From positions 85,348 through 149,347 of the forward strand of contig WRBC01000001.1 in NCBI GenBank assembly GCA_009779855.1: a stretch of 64,000 nucleotides of DNA, read 5' to 3'. The position numbers and the translations under genes were made by a program. The notes under the pieces were generated by a model, which saw nothing but the letters and a program-made list of their open reading frames with translations, was not told the DNA's origin and did not search any database. The DNA comes from Coriobacteriia bacterium (lineage in GTDB: Bacteria > Actinomycetota > Coriobacteriia > WRKU01 > WQUG01). Of the stretch, positions 41,501 to 50,964 are shown one piece after another; the stretch's first letter is position 1; the number at the start of each line of letters is the position of its first letter.

Positions 41501-44500
41501 GAGATTGCCCCGTATGAAAATTACAGTGCACGCTTACTAGTGAATGGGGTCGACTACATTGATGATGGCACTCCAATTCGCGCAATGGTTGCACGTGAAG
41601 AAAATGAGCACTCTGTTCGTATCGGTAATGCTTATCTTAGTAGGCAGTTTGGCCGTATTGTAGTAACAAAGCAGCTAGCTGGCGACTATGAGGACTTTGA
41701 TGTAAGCAGAGAAACTACTTTCAGCGCATCTGCAACAGTCATCAGGGACGATGACGAGGCTGGTATTAAGGCTGGCTGGCAGCTTATGTTCCACTTCGTT
41801 GAGGGTGGACATGTTACCCATCCTTTCTTTATTGACGGAAAACCAGGAACACACTGGCACTTCATGGGCGTATATGATGCTGAAAACGATGTATTCTATG
41901 AACTTCGGACAGACCGCGCCCCCGATGAAGGAACCGACGAAGATGAGCATGAGAAGACAGCCGTTTGGCATGATGATAATGAACCTTCTTGGGAATTTGT
42001 TGCCATGGGTTCATTAGAGGACTATACATTCCGGGATGTAGGTGGACCTAACGGAACTACAGTAACGTGGACTGGGGCAGACCTTACCCCTTACATCAAC
42101 TTCACAGCTGATACGGCAGCACAAATCTGCAGATTTGTGCCCATGGATTACCTTCTTTCAGAAGGGCCTGCTCGTGAAGATGGATCAATCGATACTGATG
42201 CAGCGAAATACATCTCGAGTGCCCTTACTAGTGCAGCGTGGCTAGGAACAGAGAATTCTTTAATCCTTGCGCTGACCAATACGTATGACAGCACTATGCA
42301 ATTCTTGGGTGAAGAGGTACTTCGGATAGATAAGTCTCTTGCAGGCGACACTGACTCTTGGGGCGTAAGTAATACAACTACCTTTACGGCAGAGGTAATA
42401 AATGCTGAAAGTGGCAATAGCCTTGCTTTTCTTAGTGTGCCAGAGGACTTTAGTCCTGTCAGCGGTAGCAGATACCTTTATTTTGGTGAACTTGCCAAGG
42501 ATGGTCCGTATAGTGGACAGCTTGTAGATTCAAGAGGAAAGCCTATCAATGTGTCTGAGGCACTGAAAGGGTTGCCTGAATGGCTAGGGACCGACCGAGA
42601 GTTTACTCAAGATGAACTTGTGTACGATGTGATGATTAGTGACCTTTTTGGGTTAACTATCGAAAATATGCCACAAGGTATCTACAAGGTAGCGGAAGAA
42701 GAAAACGATGAGATTGGTCTGTATAGTGCCCAATATAGATATGGCTTCCTTGAAGAACTTGTAGCAGAAGCAGTGGCCCTTGACGGAACAGGAGTAAAGT
42801 TTGCCTTTATTATTAACACCTTTGCAGGTCCTGGAGACGTGCAGTTAAGTAAGGATGTTATCGGGTATCCTTCTGACTGGGGTGTAGATGGCACTACCGT
42901 CTTTAAGGTTCACATAATTAATGCAAACACAGGCAACATTCTTCTTTTTAGCCCTGACCTTGTATCAGGCATCCACCAGTATGTGGGTTACCAGGACAAG
43001 AACAATGGTGAGGCAGTAATCACCTTGCAGGGTTATGAAGGAGAAGCCACCACAGAGATTAGCCTTAGTGCTAATAACTCTGCGATAGCAAAGGGTCTTC
43101 CTGCAAAAGCGGGTAACGTATATGCAGTTCAGGAAGCGAGCACTACTGATGTCTACAGCGTACAGTTCTTCGAAGGTGAGGTAGACATAAGCGGGGATGG
43201 TGCAACAAGCAGAGCTTTCGAGCTTGAACATGATGCAGCTACCTATATCACGCTTCAAAACAGGTACCTGAAGAAAGACCCAGGAACAACGATTGTTCGC
43301 AAGAAGCTTGATGGTGATTTTGCAGACTTTGCTGCAGATGCAGAAACTACCTTTACTGCAGAAATCGTTAATCAAGCTACGGGCAGAATGCTGGTGTTCA
43401 AGCCAGGTGCTGACACCGTGAGCAACGAAGAAACAAGAAGCACTTACTCTTTCGTTGGTGAATATGATCCTTATAGCGGTGATGTGTACGAGCTAGGATG
43501 GGATAGTCAAACCCCTGTAAGCAGCGGAAGTGTTTATGCCCAGCCTACGTATACCTTAGTAAGTGTATTGAACTACGATCCCGCATGGACTATTCAGGTG
43601 GTTGTGAGTGAAAGTAAGCCAGCAGAGCTTCAAAGTATGATTGCAGGAGACTATGAAGTGTTCGAACAGGTACCTTTCGAGGCTCCCTTCGAATACATTG
43701 TGGAATATTCTGACGGCATGAGTAATCTGTCAAACGACACCACTATCACAGCAACCATTGTGAACTTCTATGATGGCAGCATGGAATTCCTAGGAGAAGG
43801 AACCATGTTCGTTATGAAGGGTCTTGCTGGCGAGTATGCATCTTGGGGCGTAGGAGAGTCCACAGGGTTTGAGACTCACGTCATCAATGCATCAAGTGGA
43901 AACACAGTTGCCTTGGTTCCTGGTGCCTTTAACCTTATGGGTCCTGAGTATATCTACTTTGGCGAGTATCAAAGCGGTGTGCTTGTTGATATGACAGGAA
44001 ATCCGATTGACGTAAACCATGCGCTTGAAGTATTGAGTGAGCAACTCAGTCTAAGTGAGACTATGACGGCCAGTGATATCCTTACAAGTTTTGATATTGC
44101 AGATGGATCTGGTACGACCGTGAGTATCACAAACTTGCCTTATGGCGCATTCAAGGTAATAGAAAAGGTTGATACAAGTATCGGAAATTACAGCGTGAGC
44201 TATATCAGTAATGCTGATCCTTCTGATGGAACTATTGCGATTAACGACATTGGCCCAAGTAACAACCTTTGGGTAACCAACTCCTTTGTGAAGAAAGAGC
44301 AACGGGATCCAGATCCTCCTAAACCCCCAGATCCACCCAAGCCACCAAACCCACCCAAGCCTGCGCCACCAGCACCTAAACCTGTTGTGCCTAAACCAGC
44401 ACCTAAGAAGGTTGTTGTACCAAAGGCAAAGCCTGCGCCTAAGCCAGCGCCACAGCCTGCACGCAACTTGCCAGCTACAGGTGATATGGCCTGCATAGGT

Positions 44501-44614
44501 TTCTGGGCGCTGCTAGCACTAGCAGCAGGAGCAGTCGCGATAGCAACGATGAAGAAGGCAAAGGAAGAAAAGCAAGATAAAGATAAGTCCAAGAAAGATC
44601 AGCAGGACAAGTAG
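38591..44614 (+). CDS. giant LPATG cell-wall-anchored surface protein of tandem CnaB/SpaA-type isopeptide domains, twin CxxCH motifs, Pro-rich stalk
   Basis: Start at ATG 38591 behind AGGAAGAGGG with signal peptide; ≥7 repeats of L.I.K.L.G....WGV...T.F...I.N...GN modules plus E-box-like LP.G.YKV.E....GY; PDPPKPPDPPKPPNPPKP stalk; LPATGD + TM + KKAKEEK tail. Confidence 0.85.
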   Translation: MTRHATSKFILVFSILVVGILAIITMELAFEDSAVADPLSPGSPPMVELAEYVIEADPDGFEFKAGTLQQPSRDFPLAGEVFVGKAVEHLEYQAGGIQGACRVCHPAHPLGKTDNCSQCHFTSAETTSSVESTSVESTSSVEGTSHPVVNRYNGQIRVTLSIHGADFINQSGDPTNPLAPLDDEGNPVYVEVRDNLGAFVLAENPVSGSGYSWRMDGTTLVWEVTDPTLVTGAEPLTISYILDLDISKPNVPQTDFWYSTGRAQARFKPNPNNSKYWQVVQHQYDELNVSLSFSTNSGQFGLNSGSILDTDEGFDFFLSFPSNAAAAGRGQPAFLEDGITLNPAASWNYPNYAQASIGQACVVRKASAGTTSPILARLPWHLYYGYNGTYVITIMDLMGPGTFVQYDTGISGGGNSTVAQYRTYIDLNYIQVQDDGELTYNWLDDVLISDIGKLGRINLLLNPNTTLFDIEVQKNYGGEEYGWVDDLGFHARWGQDDNTVHKVRFKVDGGTPRYASFVFVEETADNFVYRYEGTSAEGTYVEFSVNKPALLQNIRAVDDEGHALNYTAEEYDPWAESARRPDIDVLYFFDGSTESTGSSFTVGIEDEAALDTTLTVSNQFKSAAFGDLQIIKTLAGSFPNWGVGFNTPFSVRIWDEDGWNGSVEAGFGNYLLFRPRIEDPNRDDVSIPYGYTEGTLYCAGNAGLDTTPSLEKYMQRYNDFLDGVGEFDSVTGTSEDWLGGGTHEDWIGPDSPDLWFWSDPVWRDEVLLNGETVLTALDVNVAENLGSQTVSNLWPGRYRVVEIGPDGEPGLDYGFLDGDSSIWETSTLYAQNYGGYVEAPLGVVPAEGILQANVTNTYFDGEANLVIEKVLIGPAHHWGIDSETAFEIRIWDESEENYLLLVQQENPNDPGHPYYRYVGISDKEGNWTVDESLLGEYKLSDVLDHAYIYPGRFTVILDLFHHDHEAFYIEEIAPYENYSARLLVNGVDYIDDGTPIRAMVAREENEHSVRIGNAYLSRQFGRIVVTKQLAGDYEDFDVSRETTFSASATVIRDDDEAGIKAGWQLMFHFVEGGHVTHPFFIDGKPGTHWHFMGVYDAENDVFYELRTDRAPDEGTDEDEHEKTAVWHDDNEPSWEFVAMGSLEDYTFRDVGGPNGTTVTWTGADLTPYINFTADTAAQICRFVPMDYLLSEGPAREDGSIDTDAAKYISSALTSAAWLGTENSLILALTNTYDSTMQFLGEEVLRIDKSLAGDTDSWGVSNTTTFTAEVINAESGNSLAFLSVPEDFSPVSGSRYLYFGELAKDGPYSGQLVDSRGKPINVSEALKGLPEWLGTDREFTQDELVYDVMISDLFGLTIENMPQGIYKVAEEENDEIGLYSAQYRYGFLEELVAEAVALDGTGVKFAFIINTFAGPGDVQLSKDVIGYPSDWGVDGTTVFKVHIINANTGNILLFSPDLVSGIHQYVGYQDKNNGEAVITLQGYEGEATTEISLSANNSAIAKGLPAKAGNVYAVQEASTTDVYSVQFFEGEVDISGDGATSRAFELEHDAATYITLQNRYLKKDPGTTIVRKKLDGDFADFAADAETTFTAEIVNQATGRMLVFKPGADTVSNEETRSTYSFVGEYDPYSGDVYELGWDSQTPVSSGSVYAQPTYTLVSVLNYDPAWTIQVVVSESKPAELQSMIAGDYEVFEQVPFEAPFEYIVEYSDGMSNLSNDTTITATIVNFYDGSMEFLGEGTMFVMKGLAGEYASWGVGESTGFETHVINASSGNTVALVPGAFNLMGPEYIYFGEYQSGVLVDMTGNPIDVNHALEVLSEQLSLSETMTASDILTSFDIADGSGTTVSITNLPYGAFKVIEKVDTSIGNYSVSYISNADPSDGTIAINDIGPSNNLWVTNSFVKKEQRDPDPPKPPDPPKPPNPPKPAPPAPKPVVPKPAPKKVVVPKAKPAPKPAPQPARNLPATGDMACIGFWALLALAAGAVAIATMKKAKEEKQDKDKSKKDQQDK

Positions 44615-44713
44615 CAACGTAAGCGACTTGTAAATAGTTAGATGACAGAGCGTTTTGTCCGAAGCGTGTAGCGTTAGTTATAGGCTCCTCGGTTGCGTAT
44701 AGAGAGGGTGAGT

Positions 44714-45502
44714 ATGATGACTAAGGTAGTGAGAATTGTGGCGATCATCATCGCCTTAGGCGTCATGACCTTCGCCGGTGTGCAGCTAGGAGCCTATTTC
44801 TATAACAGTATTGAGGAAAATGCTGTAAATGATGAATTGACTCAGATTGCAAACTCACCCATAGAGATAGATGAGGGTTACGTCTGGGAGGATATTGATG
44901 CAAAAAGCAAAGCGCAAAGCTACGCACAAAGACTTTTTGGTAAAGCGGCTCCTAATCAGATGCCCACTTCAGGAAAACAAACTAAAACATCAATTGCGAA
45001 TGCCCAGAAGCGAAAGATTAATTTCCCTGCACTTAAACAAAAGAATAAAGATATTATTGCCTGGATATCTATTCCTAATACCCCGGTAGACTATGCAGTA
45101 GTAAAGGCAAAAGATAACAGCTACTACTTGAGCCGAAATGCCGTGAGGAAGCCCAGCAAATCCGGAGCAATATTTTTGGATTCAGCAGCAAAGTCTGACT
45201 TTAGCAATTCGGATTCTATTGTGTATGGGCATCACATGAAAGACCGTACAATGTTTGGCTCACTGGCTTCATATCGCTATAAGAAATATAAAAATGAATA
45301 CCAGTACATATTTGTCTATACTCCGAAAGTTACCAAAAAATACCGTGTTGCACAGTGCTTCAAAACTGCACAAAAGAAGTTGGCTCCCGACCGTTCAAAA
45401 ACACAAACTCTTACTTTGGTAACCTGCAATGATGCAAGAGGAAAGACTCATTATGTCGTACGGGCAAAGCTTGTATCAAGTAAAGCACCAGGCAAAAAGT
45501 AA
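44714..45502 (+). CDS. srtB: class B sortase
   Basis: N-terminal signal anchor; SrtB-like blocks IAWISIPNTPVDYAVVKAKDNSYYL, SGAIFLD, IVYGHHM (His), TLTLVTCND (Cys), VVRAKL (Arg); immediately downstream of the LPATG substrate. Confidence 0.85.
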   Translation: MMTKVVRIVAIIIALGVMTFAGVQLGAYFYNSIEENAVNDELTQIANSPIEIDEGYVWEDIDAKSKAQSYAQRLFGKAAPNQMPTSGKQTKTSIANAQKRKINFPALKQKNKDIIAWISIPNTPVDYAVVKAKDNSYYLSRNAVRKPSKSGAIFLDSAAKSDFSNSDSIVYGHHMKDRTMFGSLASYRYKKYKNEYQYIFVYTPKVTKKYRVAQCFKTAQKKLAPDRSKTQTLTLVTCNDARGKTHYVVRAKLVSSKAPGKK

Positions 45503-45548
45503 CCTACTATTCTCTGCTATACTCAATAGCGACTAATAGGAGGATTTT

Positions 45549-46268
45549 GTGGGACGAATACTTGACGTAAAGCGTGTTCTTTTGAAAGTTTCTGGCGAGG
45601 CCCTGATGGGCGATAGAGGCTACGGAATCGATCCAGCAGTTATTGCATCTCTTGCAGAACAATTGCGCAACATTGTTGGCAAGTATGAGCTAGCGATTGT
45701 CGTTGGTGGGGGCAATATCTTTCGCGGGCTTGCTGCTAGTGCTAATGGCATGGACAGAGCACCTGCAGACTACATGGGGATGCTTGCCACAGTCATGAAT
45801 GCAGTTGCTTTGCACGATGGCTTAATGCGCGCAGGAATTGATGCCCGCGTGATGAGCGCGATTAACATTCAAGAAGTTGCAGAGCCCTATATACGTGGAC
45901 GTGCTCAACGTCACCTCGAAAAAGGTCGTGTGGTTATCTTTGCTGCAGGAACAGGAAATCCTTATTTCACTACTGACACAACTGCTGCTTTGCGCGCGCT
46001 CGAAATCGAGGCTGACTGCGTGATGAAGGCCACTCGCGTAGATGGTATTTTCGACAAAGATCCCTTGAAGTATGAAGATGCTACAAAATATGACGAACTT
46101 AGCTATATTGATGTGCTTAATAAAGGCTTGCAGGTTATGGACTCTACTGCAATCTCTCTTTGTATGGATAATGACTTGCCTATACTTGTCTTTAATATGG
46201 AAACAAAGGGTAATATCGCTAAGGCACTTGAAGGTGATGATGTCGGCACGTTAGTGCGCGGCAGGTAA
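45549..46268 (+). CDS. pyrH: UMP kinase
   Basis: GTG start after AGGAGGA; [20 protein letters not shown] motifs. Confidence 0.95.
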   Translation: MGRILDVKRVLLKVSGEALMGDRGYGIDPAVIASLAEQLRNIVGKYELAIVVGGGNIFRGLAASANGMDRAPADYMGMLATVMNAVALHDGLMRAGIDARVMSAINIQEVAEPYIRGRAQRHLEKGRVVIFAAGTGNPYFTTDTTAALRALEIEADCVMKATRVDGIFDKDPLKYEDATKYDELSYIDVLNKGLQVMDSTAISLCMDNDLPILVFNMETKGNIAKALEGDDVGTLVRGR

Positions 46269-46305
46269 TGCGTGAAAATAAGTATAATCTTAGAAGGGGA
46301 TAGGC

Positions 46306-46863
46306 ATGATAGCAGACATTCTTAATCACACAAAAGACCATATGGAAAAGACGCAGGCGGCCTTGCAGTCAGAATTTGCAGGTGTGCGCACAGGACGTGC
46401 CTCGGGAGCCATCTTTGACAAGCTTGTCGTAGATGCTTACGGGTCAGAAATGCCCCTAAACCAGTTGGCAAATGTGAAGACCCCTGATGCACAGACCCTT
46501 GTTATTGAGCCCTGGGATAAGTCAACATTGGGTGCCATTGAAAAGGCTATTCTTTCCTCTGATCTGGGACTTTCTCCTAACAATGATGGTATTTTGATTC
46601 GTATTCCCTTTCCGCCGCTTACTGAAGAGCGTCGTAAAGAGCTTTTCAAGGTATGCAAGGGGTATGCGGAAGAGGCAAAAATCGCTCTGCGCAATATTCG
46701 TCGCGATGCTAATCAGAAAATTGACCGTCTAAAAAGTGATAAAGAAATAGGCGAAGATGAAGCCTTTACCGCGCAAGATGAAGTGCAGAAAATTACTGAT
46801 GCAGCTGTGAAAAAGATCGACGAAGCACTTACTGCAAAAGAAAAAGATATTATGGAGATATAG
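46306..46863 (+). CDS. frr: ribosome recycling factor
   Basis: 185 aa, conserved RRF blocks (IRIPFPPLTEERRKEL, RNIRRDAN). Confidence 0.95.
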   Translation: MIADILNHTKDHMEKTQAALQSEFAGVRTGRASGAIFDKLVVDAYGSEMPLNQLANVKTPDAQTLVIEPWDKSTLGAIEKAILSSDLGLSPNNDGILIRIPFPPLTEERRKELFKVCKGYAEEAKIALRNIRRDANQKIDRLKSDKEIGEDEAFTAQDEVQKITDAAVKKIDEALTAKEKDIMEI

Positions 46864-46884
46864 TCCAGGACACCCTAATTTTAG

Positions 46885-47658
46885 ATGGATCCCAGCACAA
46901 GACAATTGGATTGGTTTGATAGTGAGCACGCCCGTAGCGCCCTTAGTGCGCTTGACGAAGGTGCCCTACCCAGACATATTGCTATCATTATGGATGGCAA
47001 TGGACGCTGGGCAAAAAAACAGGGAAAACCTCGTATTTTTGGACATAAGGCAGGTGTTGTCAGTGTGCGTGAGATGATTGCGTCATGCGTTGAGTTAAAG
47101 ATTCCCTACCTAACGATTTATTCTTTTTCTAGCGAGAATTGGACTCGTCCAGAAGACGAAGTCACGGGCATCATGAAGTTGTTTGTCGAAGTTTTATCTC
47201 GCGAAGTCATTAACCTAAATAAGCAAAATGTTCGCGTGAAGTTAATTGGCAATATAGCCGATTTGCCAGAGGTGACTAAAGCGGCTTTTGAGGAGTGTGT
47301 TCAGTCAACTGCCAACAACACAGGCTTAACGCTTGTTGTTGCGCTGAATTATGGTGCACGCCAAGACGTGGTGACTGCTCTGCGTACAATTTCTGATGAA
47401 GTCAGCGCGGGTGTACTTTGTTCTGACGACATTAACACAGAGCTCATATCGACAAAGCTTTCAACAGCAGGTATTCCTGACCCTGATTTTATGATTCGCA
47501 CAAGCGGTGAGACTAGGCTATCGAATTTTTTACTGTATGAAACAGCCTACACGGAACTTTATTTCACTGAAATCTTATGGCCAGACTTTAAGCGTGATGC
47601 TCTGCTTGATGCTCTGCTTAGCTTTCAAGGACGCAACCGGCGCTACGGAGGGCTGTAA
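46885..47658 (+). CDS. uppS: undecaprenyl diphosphate synthase (isoprenyl transferase)
   Basis: HIAIIMDGNGRWA, FSSENWTRP, RTSGE.RLSNFLLY motifs. Confidence 0.95.
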   Translation: MDPSTRQLDWFDSEHARSALSALDEGALPRHIAIIMDGNGRWAKKQGKPRIFGHKAGVVSVREMIASCVELKIPYLTIYSFSSENWTRPEDEVTGIMKLFVEVLSREVINLNKQNVRVKLIGNIADLPEVTKAAFEECVQSTANNTGLTLVVALNYGARQDVVTALRTISDEVSAGVLCSDDINTELISTKLSTAGIPDPDFMIRTSGETRLSNFLLYETAYTELYFTEILWPDFKRDALLDALLSFQGRNRRYGGL

Positions 47659-47660
47659 GG

Positions 47661-48590
47661 GTGAGAAATTTAAAAGAAGCTGCAGCATCAGCTAAAGGGC
47701 AACCGGCTGGGATTAAAAAGGCTTCATTAATTCAGCGCATTATCACAGGGGCAATCTTTGTAGTCATTGTTCTTGCTTGTATTATTGCAGGCAATACTTT
47801 CATGCTTTTGCCTATTCTTCTTATTGTTTTCGCAGTTTTTGGGACCAGTGAGTTCTACCGTATTGTTAGTCCTCAAATGCCTAAGGTTCCCCTCTATATT
47901 GGAATGATATTTGCAGCCTCTATGCCTATGGCACTATCTGTAGCAAGCACCTTAAGTTCTGACTTTGATCCTGTATTGGGCGCAGGGGGTCTGGGGGTTA
48001 CCGTAGCCCTTTTCTATGTGACCATCTTTGCCCTGGCAGTCTATATGGTTTGGATAGCCTTGACCCCGCAGTCGAAAGCTAAGGATGCTGCCGTCAGCTT
48101 TTTTGGTGCACTCTATCTGGGAATTCCCTTATCAAGCCTCATGTTGATTCGTGAAATGAACGATGGAATGCTGCTTGCAGTTGCGATTGTTTTCAGCATA
48201 TGGGCAACAGATTCTTTTGCTTATTTGGGCGGATCATTATTTGGACGTCATAAGTTGGCCCCTAAGATTTCTCCTAAAAAGTCTTGGGAAGGTCTTGTTG
48301 CAGGCACAATCGGGGCTGTTGTTTTTTGGTATATAGTGCCCTTTGTTTTTACGGGTAGTGCGTCATGGGTGGCAGCGGTGATTGTGGGTGTGATTGTTTC
48401 TGCTGCGGCTTTACTGGGTGACTTGTTTCAGTCTCGAATCAAGCGCGAAGCTGGGGTAAAGGACTCAGGCACATTACTGCCAGGTCATGGCGGCATATTA
48501 GACCGAATCGATTCACTGCTCTTGACGGCCCCCGTCATGTTCATTGTGCTTTCTGTCATGGGCGTCGCACTGGGACTGGTGGCTTATTAA
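47661..48590 (+). CDS. cdsA: phosphatidate cytidylyltransferase
   Basis: GTG start; multi-TM; CDS signature SWEGLVAGTIGAV and GHGGILDRIDS. Confidence 0.9.
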   Translation: MRNLKEAAASAKGQPAGIKKASLIQRIITGAIFVVIVLACIIAGNTFMLLPILLIVFAVFGTSEFYRIVSPQMPKVPLYIGMIFAASMPMALSVASTLSSDFDPVLGAGGLGVTVALFYVTIFALAVYMVWIALTPQSKAKDAAVSFFGALYLGIPLSSLMLIREMNDGMLLAVAIVFSIWATDSFAYLGGSLFGRHKLAPKISPKKSWEGLVAGTIGAVVFWYIVPFVFTGSASWVAAVIVGVIVSAAALLGDLFQSRIKREAGVKDSGTLLPGHGGILDRIDSLLLTAPVMFIVLSVMGVALGLVAY

Positions 48591-48631
48591 GACTAATGGA
48601 TCAATTCGCAGACGATTAGGATGCATGCAGA

Positions 48632-49756
48632 ATGGATGATTCTGTGAAAAAGCGCGTATTAGTGCTGGGGTCAACAGGCTCTATTGGCAAGCAAGCCCTA
48701 CAGGTTATCGACTTTCATAATGATCGTCTAGAGATCGCAGGCCTTGCGGCGCACTCTTCGGCAGAACTTTTGTCGCAGCAAGCACAACAATTCGGCCTAA
48801 GTGAGCATGCCTGCTGCCTAACGGCGCGGGATGGTATGGACGCGCTCCTTCAGCTAATTGATGCAACACAGCCTGACATTGTGCTGAACGCCTTAGTGGG
48901 ATCTGCAGGACTTCGTGTGACAATGCACACGCTAGAGGCAGGTCTAACCTTGGCTCTTGCTAATAAGGAGTCATTGATTGTTGGCGGGGAGCTAGTAACC
49001 TCATGTGCAAAGTCAGGACAGATGTTACCCGTTGACTCAGAACATTCAGCGATCTTTCAGTGCCTGCAAGCTGGTAATGCATCAGCATTAAGGACAATCT
49101 GGTTGACGGCTTCGGGCGGCCCTTTTCGAGGGAAAACACGCAATGATTTGCGTGAAGTAAAAGCTGTCGACGCTTTGGCGCATCCTACCTGGAACATGGG
49201 TCCTAAGATTACGATTGATTCTGCGACACTTATGAATAAGGGTCTTGAAGTTATAGAGGCCCATCACTTGTTTGGTACTGACTATGATGATATTAAGGTA
49301 CTTGTCCAGCCAAAAAGTCTCATACACTCGATGGTAGAGTTTGTTGATGGTTCAACAGTGGGACATTTAGGAATTGCTGATATGCGGGTACCTATTCAGT
49401 ATGCCCTTTCTTATCCAGATAGATGGCCTTCAGTAGAGGACTTGAGTATAGACTATCGTCAAGCTACTGCTTTAGAGGTGGGCGAGCCTGACCTTGATAC
49501 CTTTGGCTGCCTGCGCCTTGCTTATCAAGCAGGCAGAAGTGGTGGTTCAGCGCCCTGCATCCTGAATGCCGCTAATGAAGTTGCTGTGGCAGCATTCCTG
49601 AAAGGCCAGATTGGTTTTCTTGACATCGAAAGGCTAGTTGAGGGCGCACTGTCACACTTTGCAGGCGAGATCGCCCCGCTGGAAAGCATTGAACAAGTTG
49701 AAGATTTGGATACGCGTGTTAGGGACTATACTGCACAGTACTGCAATGCCGTATAA
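48632..49756 (+). CDS. dxr: 1-deoxy-D-xylulose 5-phosphate reductoisomerase
   Basis: LGSTGSIGKQAL NADPH motif, DSEHSAIFQ, LTASGGPF. Confidence 0.95.
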   Translation: MDDSVKKRVLVLGSTGSIGKQALQVIDFHNDRLEIAGLAAHSSAELLSQQAQQFGLSEHACCLTARDGMDALLQLIDATQPDIVLNALVGSAGLRVTMHTLEAGLTLALANKESLIVGGELVTSCAKSGQMLPVDSEHSAIFQCLQAGNASALRTIWLTASGGPFRGKTRNDLREVKAVDALAHPTWNMGPKITIDSATLMNKGLEVIEAHHLFGTDYDDIKVLVQPKSLIHSMVEFVDGSTVGHLGIADMRVPIQYALSYPDRWPSVEDLSIDYRQATALEVGEPDLDTFGCLRLAYQAGRSGGSAPCILNAANEVAVAAFLKGQIGFLDIERLVEGALSHFAGEIAPLESIEQVEDLDTRVRDYTAQYCNAV

Positions 49757-49765
49757 TCGCTAACT

Positions 49766-50914
49766 ATGTTTGGAGAAAATTTACCAGGATTCCTGCCGGT
49801 ACTTTTTTGGGGAATCATCACCATATCGACCCTTGTCTTTATCCATGAAGCAGGACATTATCTTGCTGCGCGGATTCTTGGCTTGAAGGTTACAGAATTC
49901 TTTATTGGTCTGCCGGGACCAAGTATCTCTTTTAAGCGTGGAGATACGCGCTTTGGTATAACGGCAATTCCTTTAGGGGGTTATGTACGCATTCCCGCAT
50001 TGGAAGGATCAGGTCCAGGTGCAGAACTTGGCACGATGACCGAAGAAGAACGCAAAGAGTACGAAAAGGTTCCCGCATGGAAGCGCGTGACAGTTTTACT
50101 GGCAGGCGTAGTTGCTAACCTGGTAGTGGCCATTGTAATTCTTACGGCACTCTTTACGTATACGGGAATACCTATAGATCGCGTGAGCCCTGTTCCAGGT
50201 GGTCCTGCTGCTACTGCAGGTCTTCCTGACGATTCGCGCATTGTAGATATTGATGGAAGAAGAATACATCACTTCGGACAGTTAACGAGGGTTGTTGCGG
50301 GGCACGAACCAGGAGACACGGTAAACATTATCTACATCTCTTCGGAGGGTGAGCGTAATAGCATTTCTGTTGTGCTAGAACAACGACCTGCCCTTGAAGA
50401 TATGGTTGACCAGGACGGGCAGCCACTCTTTGAAGAAGGACAAGAGGTTCCCGTAGATGAATCGCGAGCTCCTTCAGCGCACATGGGGGTCATTCATCAC
50501 GACATTGTACATGAACCCACAGGGGTCGCAGGTGCTTTTACCTATTCTTTCACCTATATTTTGTTAACAGCAGAGGGCATCAGTAGGTTCTTTTCTCCTC
50601 ATACCTTCACGGAAGCGATTGGAGACGCTTCCAGTGTGGTTGGTATTTCAGTATTTGCTGCCCATACTGCACAGGCAGGCTTCATTACCTATATAAGCTT
50701 TATTGCTATGATTTCTATAGCACTCGGACTTATGAACCTTTTGCCTATTCCACCCTTGGACGGAGGGAAGGTTCTTTTCGAGATCATTCAAAAGGTGACG
50801 GGCAAACCTGTTCCGCAAGGACTGCAAGTAGGGATATCCCTGACAGGGTTTGCTTTACTGATAGTGCTCATGATTTATCTAGTCGGACAAGATCTTTTTC
50901 GAATATTTGGTTAA
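49766..50914 (+). CDS. rseP: RIP site-2 zinc metalloprotease RseP/Eep family (M50)
   Basis: HEAGHY zinc motif in TM1, PDZ domain, LNLLPIPPLDGG motif. Confidence 0.92.
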   Translation: MFGENLPGFLPVLFWGIITISTLVFIHEAGHYLAARILGLKVTEFFIGLPGPSISFKRGDTRFGITAIPLGGYVRIPALEGSGPGAELGTMTEEERKEYEKVPAWKRVTVLLAGVVANLVVAIVILTALFTYTGIPIDRVSPVPGGPAATAGLPDDSRIVDIDGRRIHHFGQLTRVVAGHEPGDTVNIIYISSEGERNSISVVLEQRPALEDMVDQDGQPLFEEGQEVPVDESRAPSAHMGVIHHDIVHEPTGVAGAFTYSFTYILLTAEGISRFFSPHTFTEAIGDASSVVGISVFAAHTAQAGFITYISFIAMISIALGLMNLLPIPPLDGGKVLFEIIQKVTGKPVPQGLQVGISLTGFALLIVLMIYLVGQDLFRIFG

Positions 50915-50964
50915 ATTAAATAGTCCTTAAGAATTCTGAGGAGTCGTTTAGGAAGGGTGCAAGC

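Noticed and set aside
44200-44592. 130-aa minus-strand Gly/Ala-rich ORF
   Set aside because: Mirror image of the Pro/Lys/Ala-rich stalk coding region of the surface protein; artefact of low complexity
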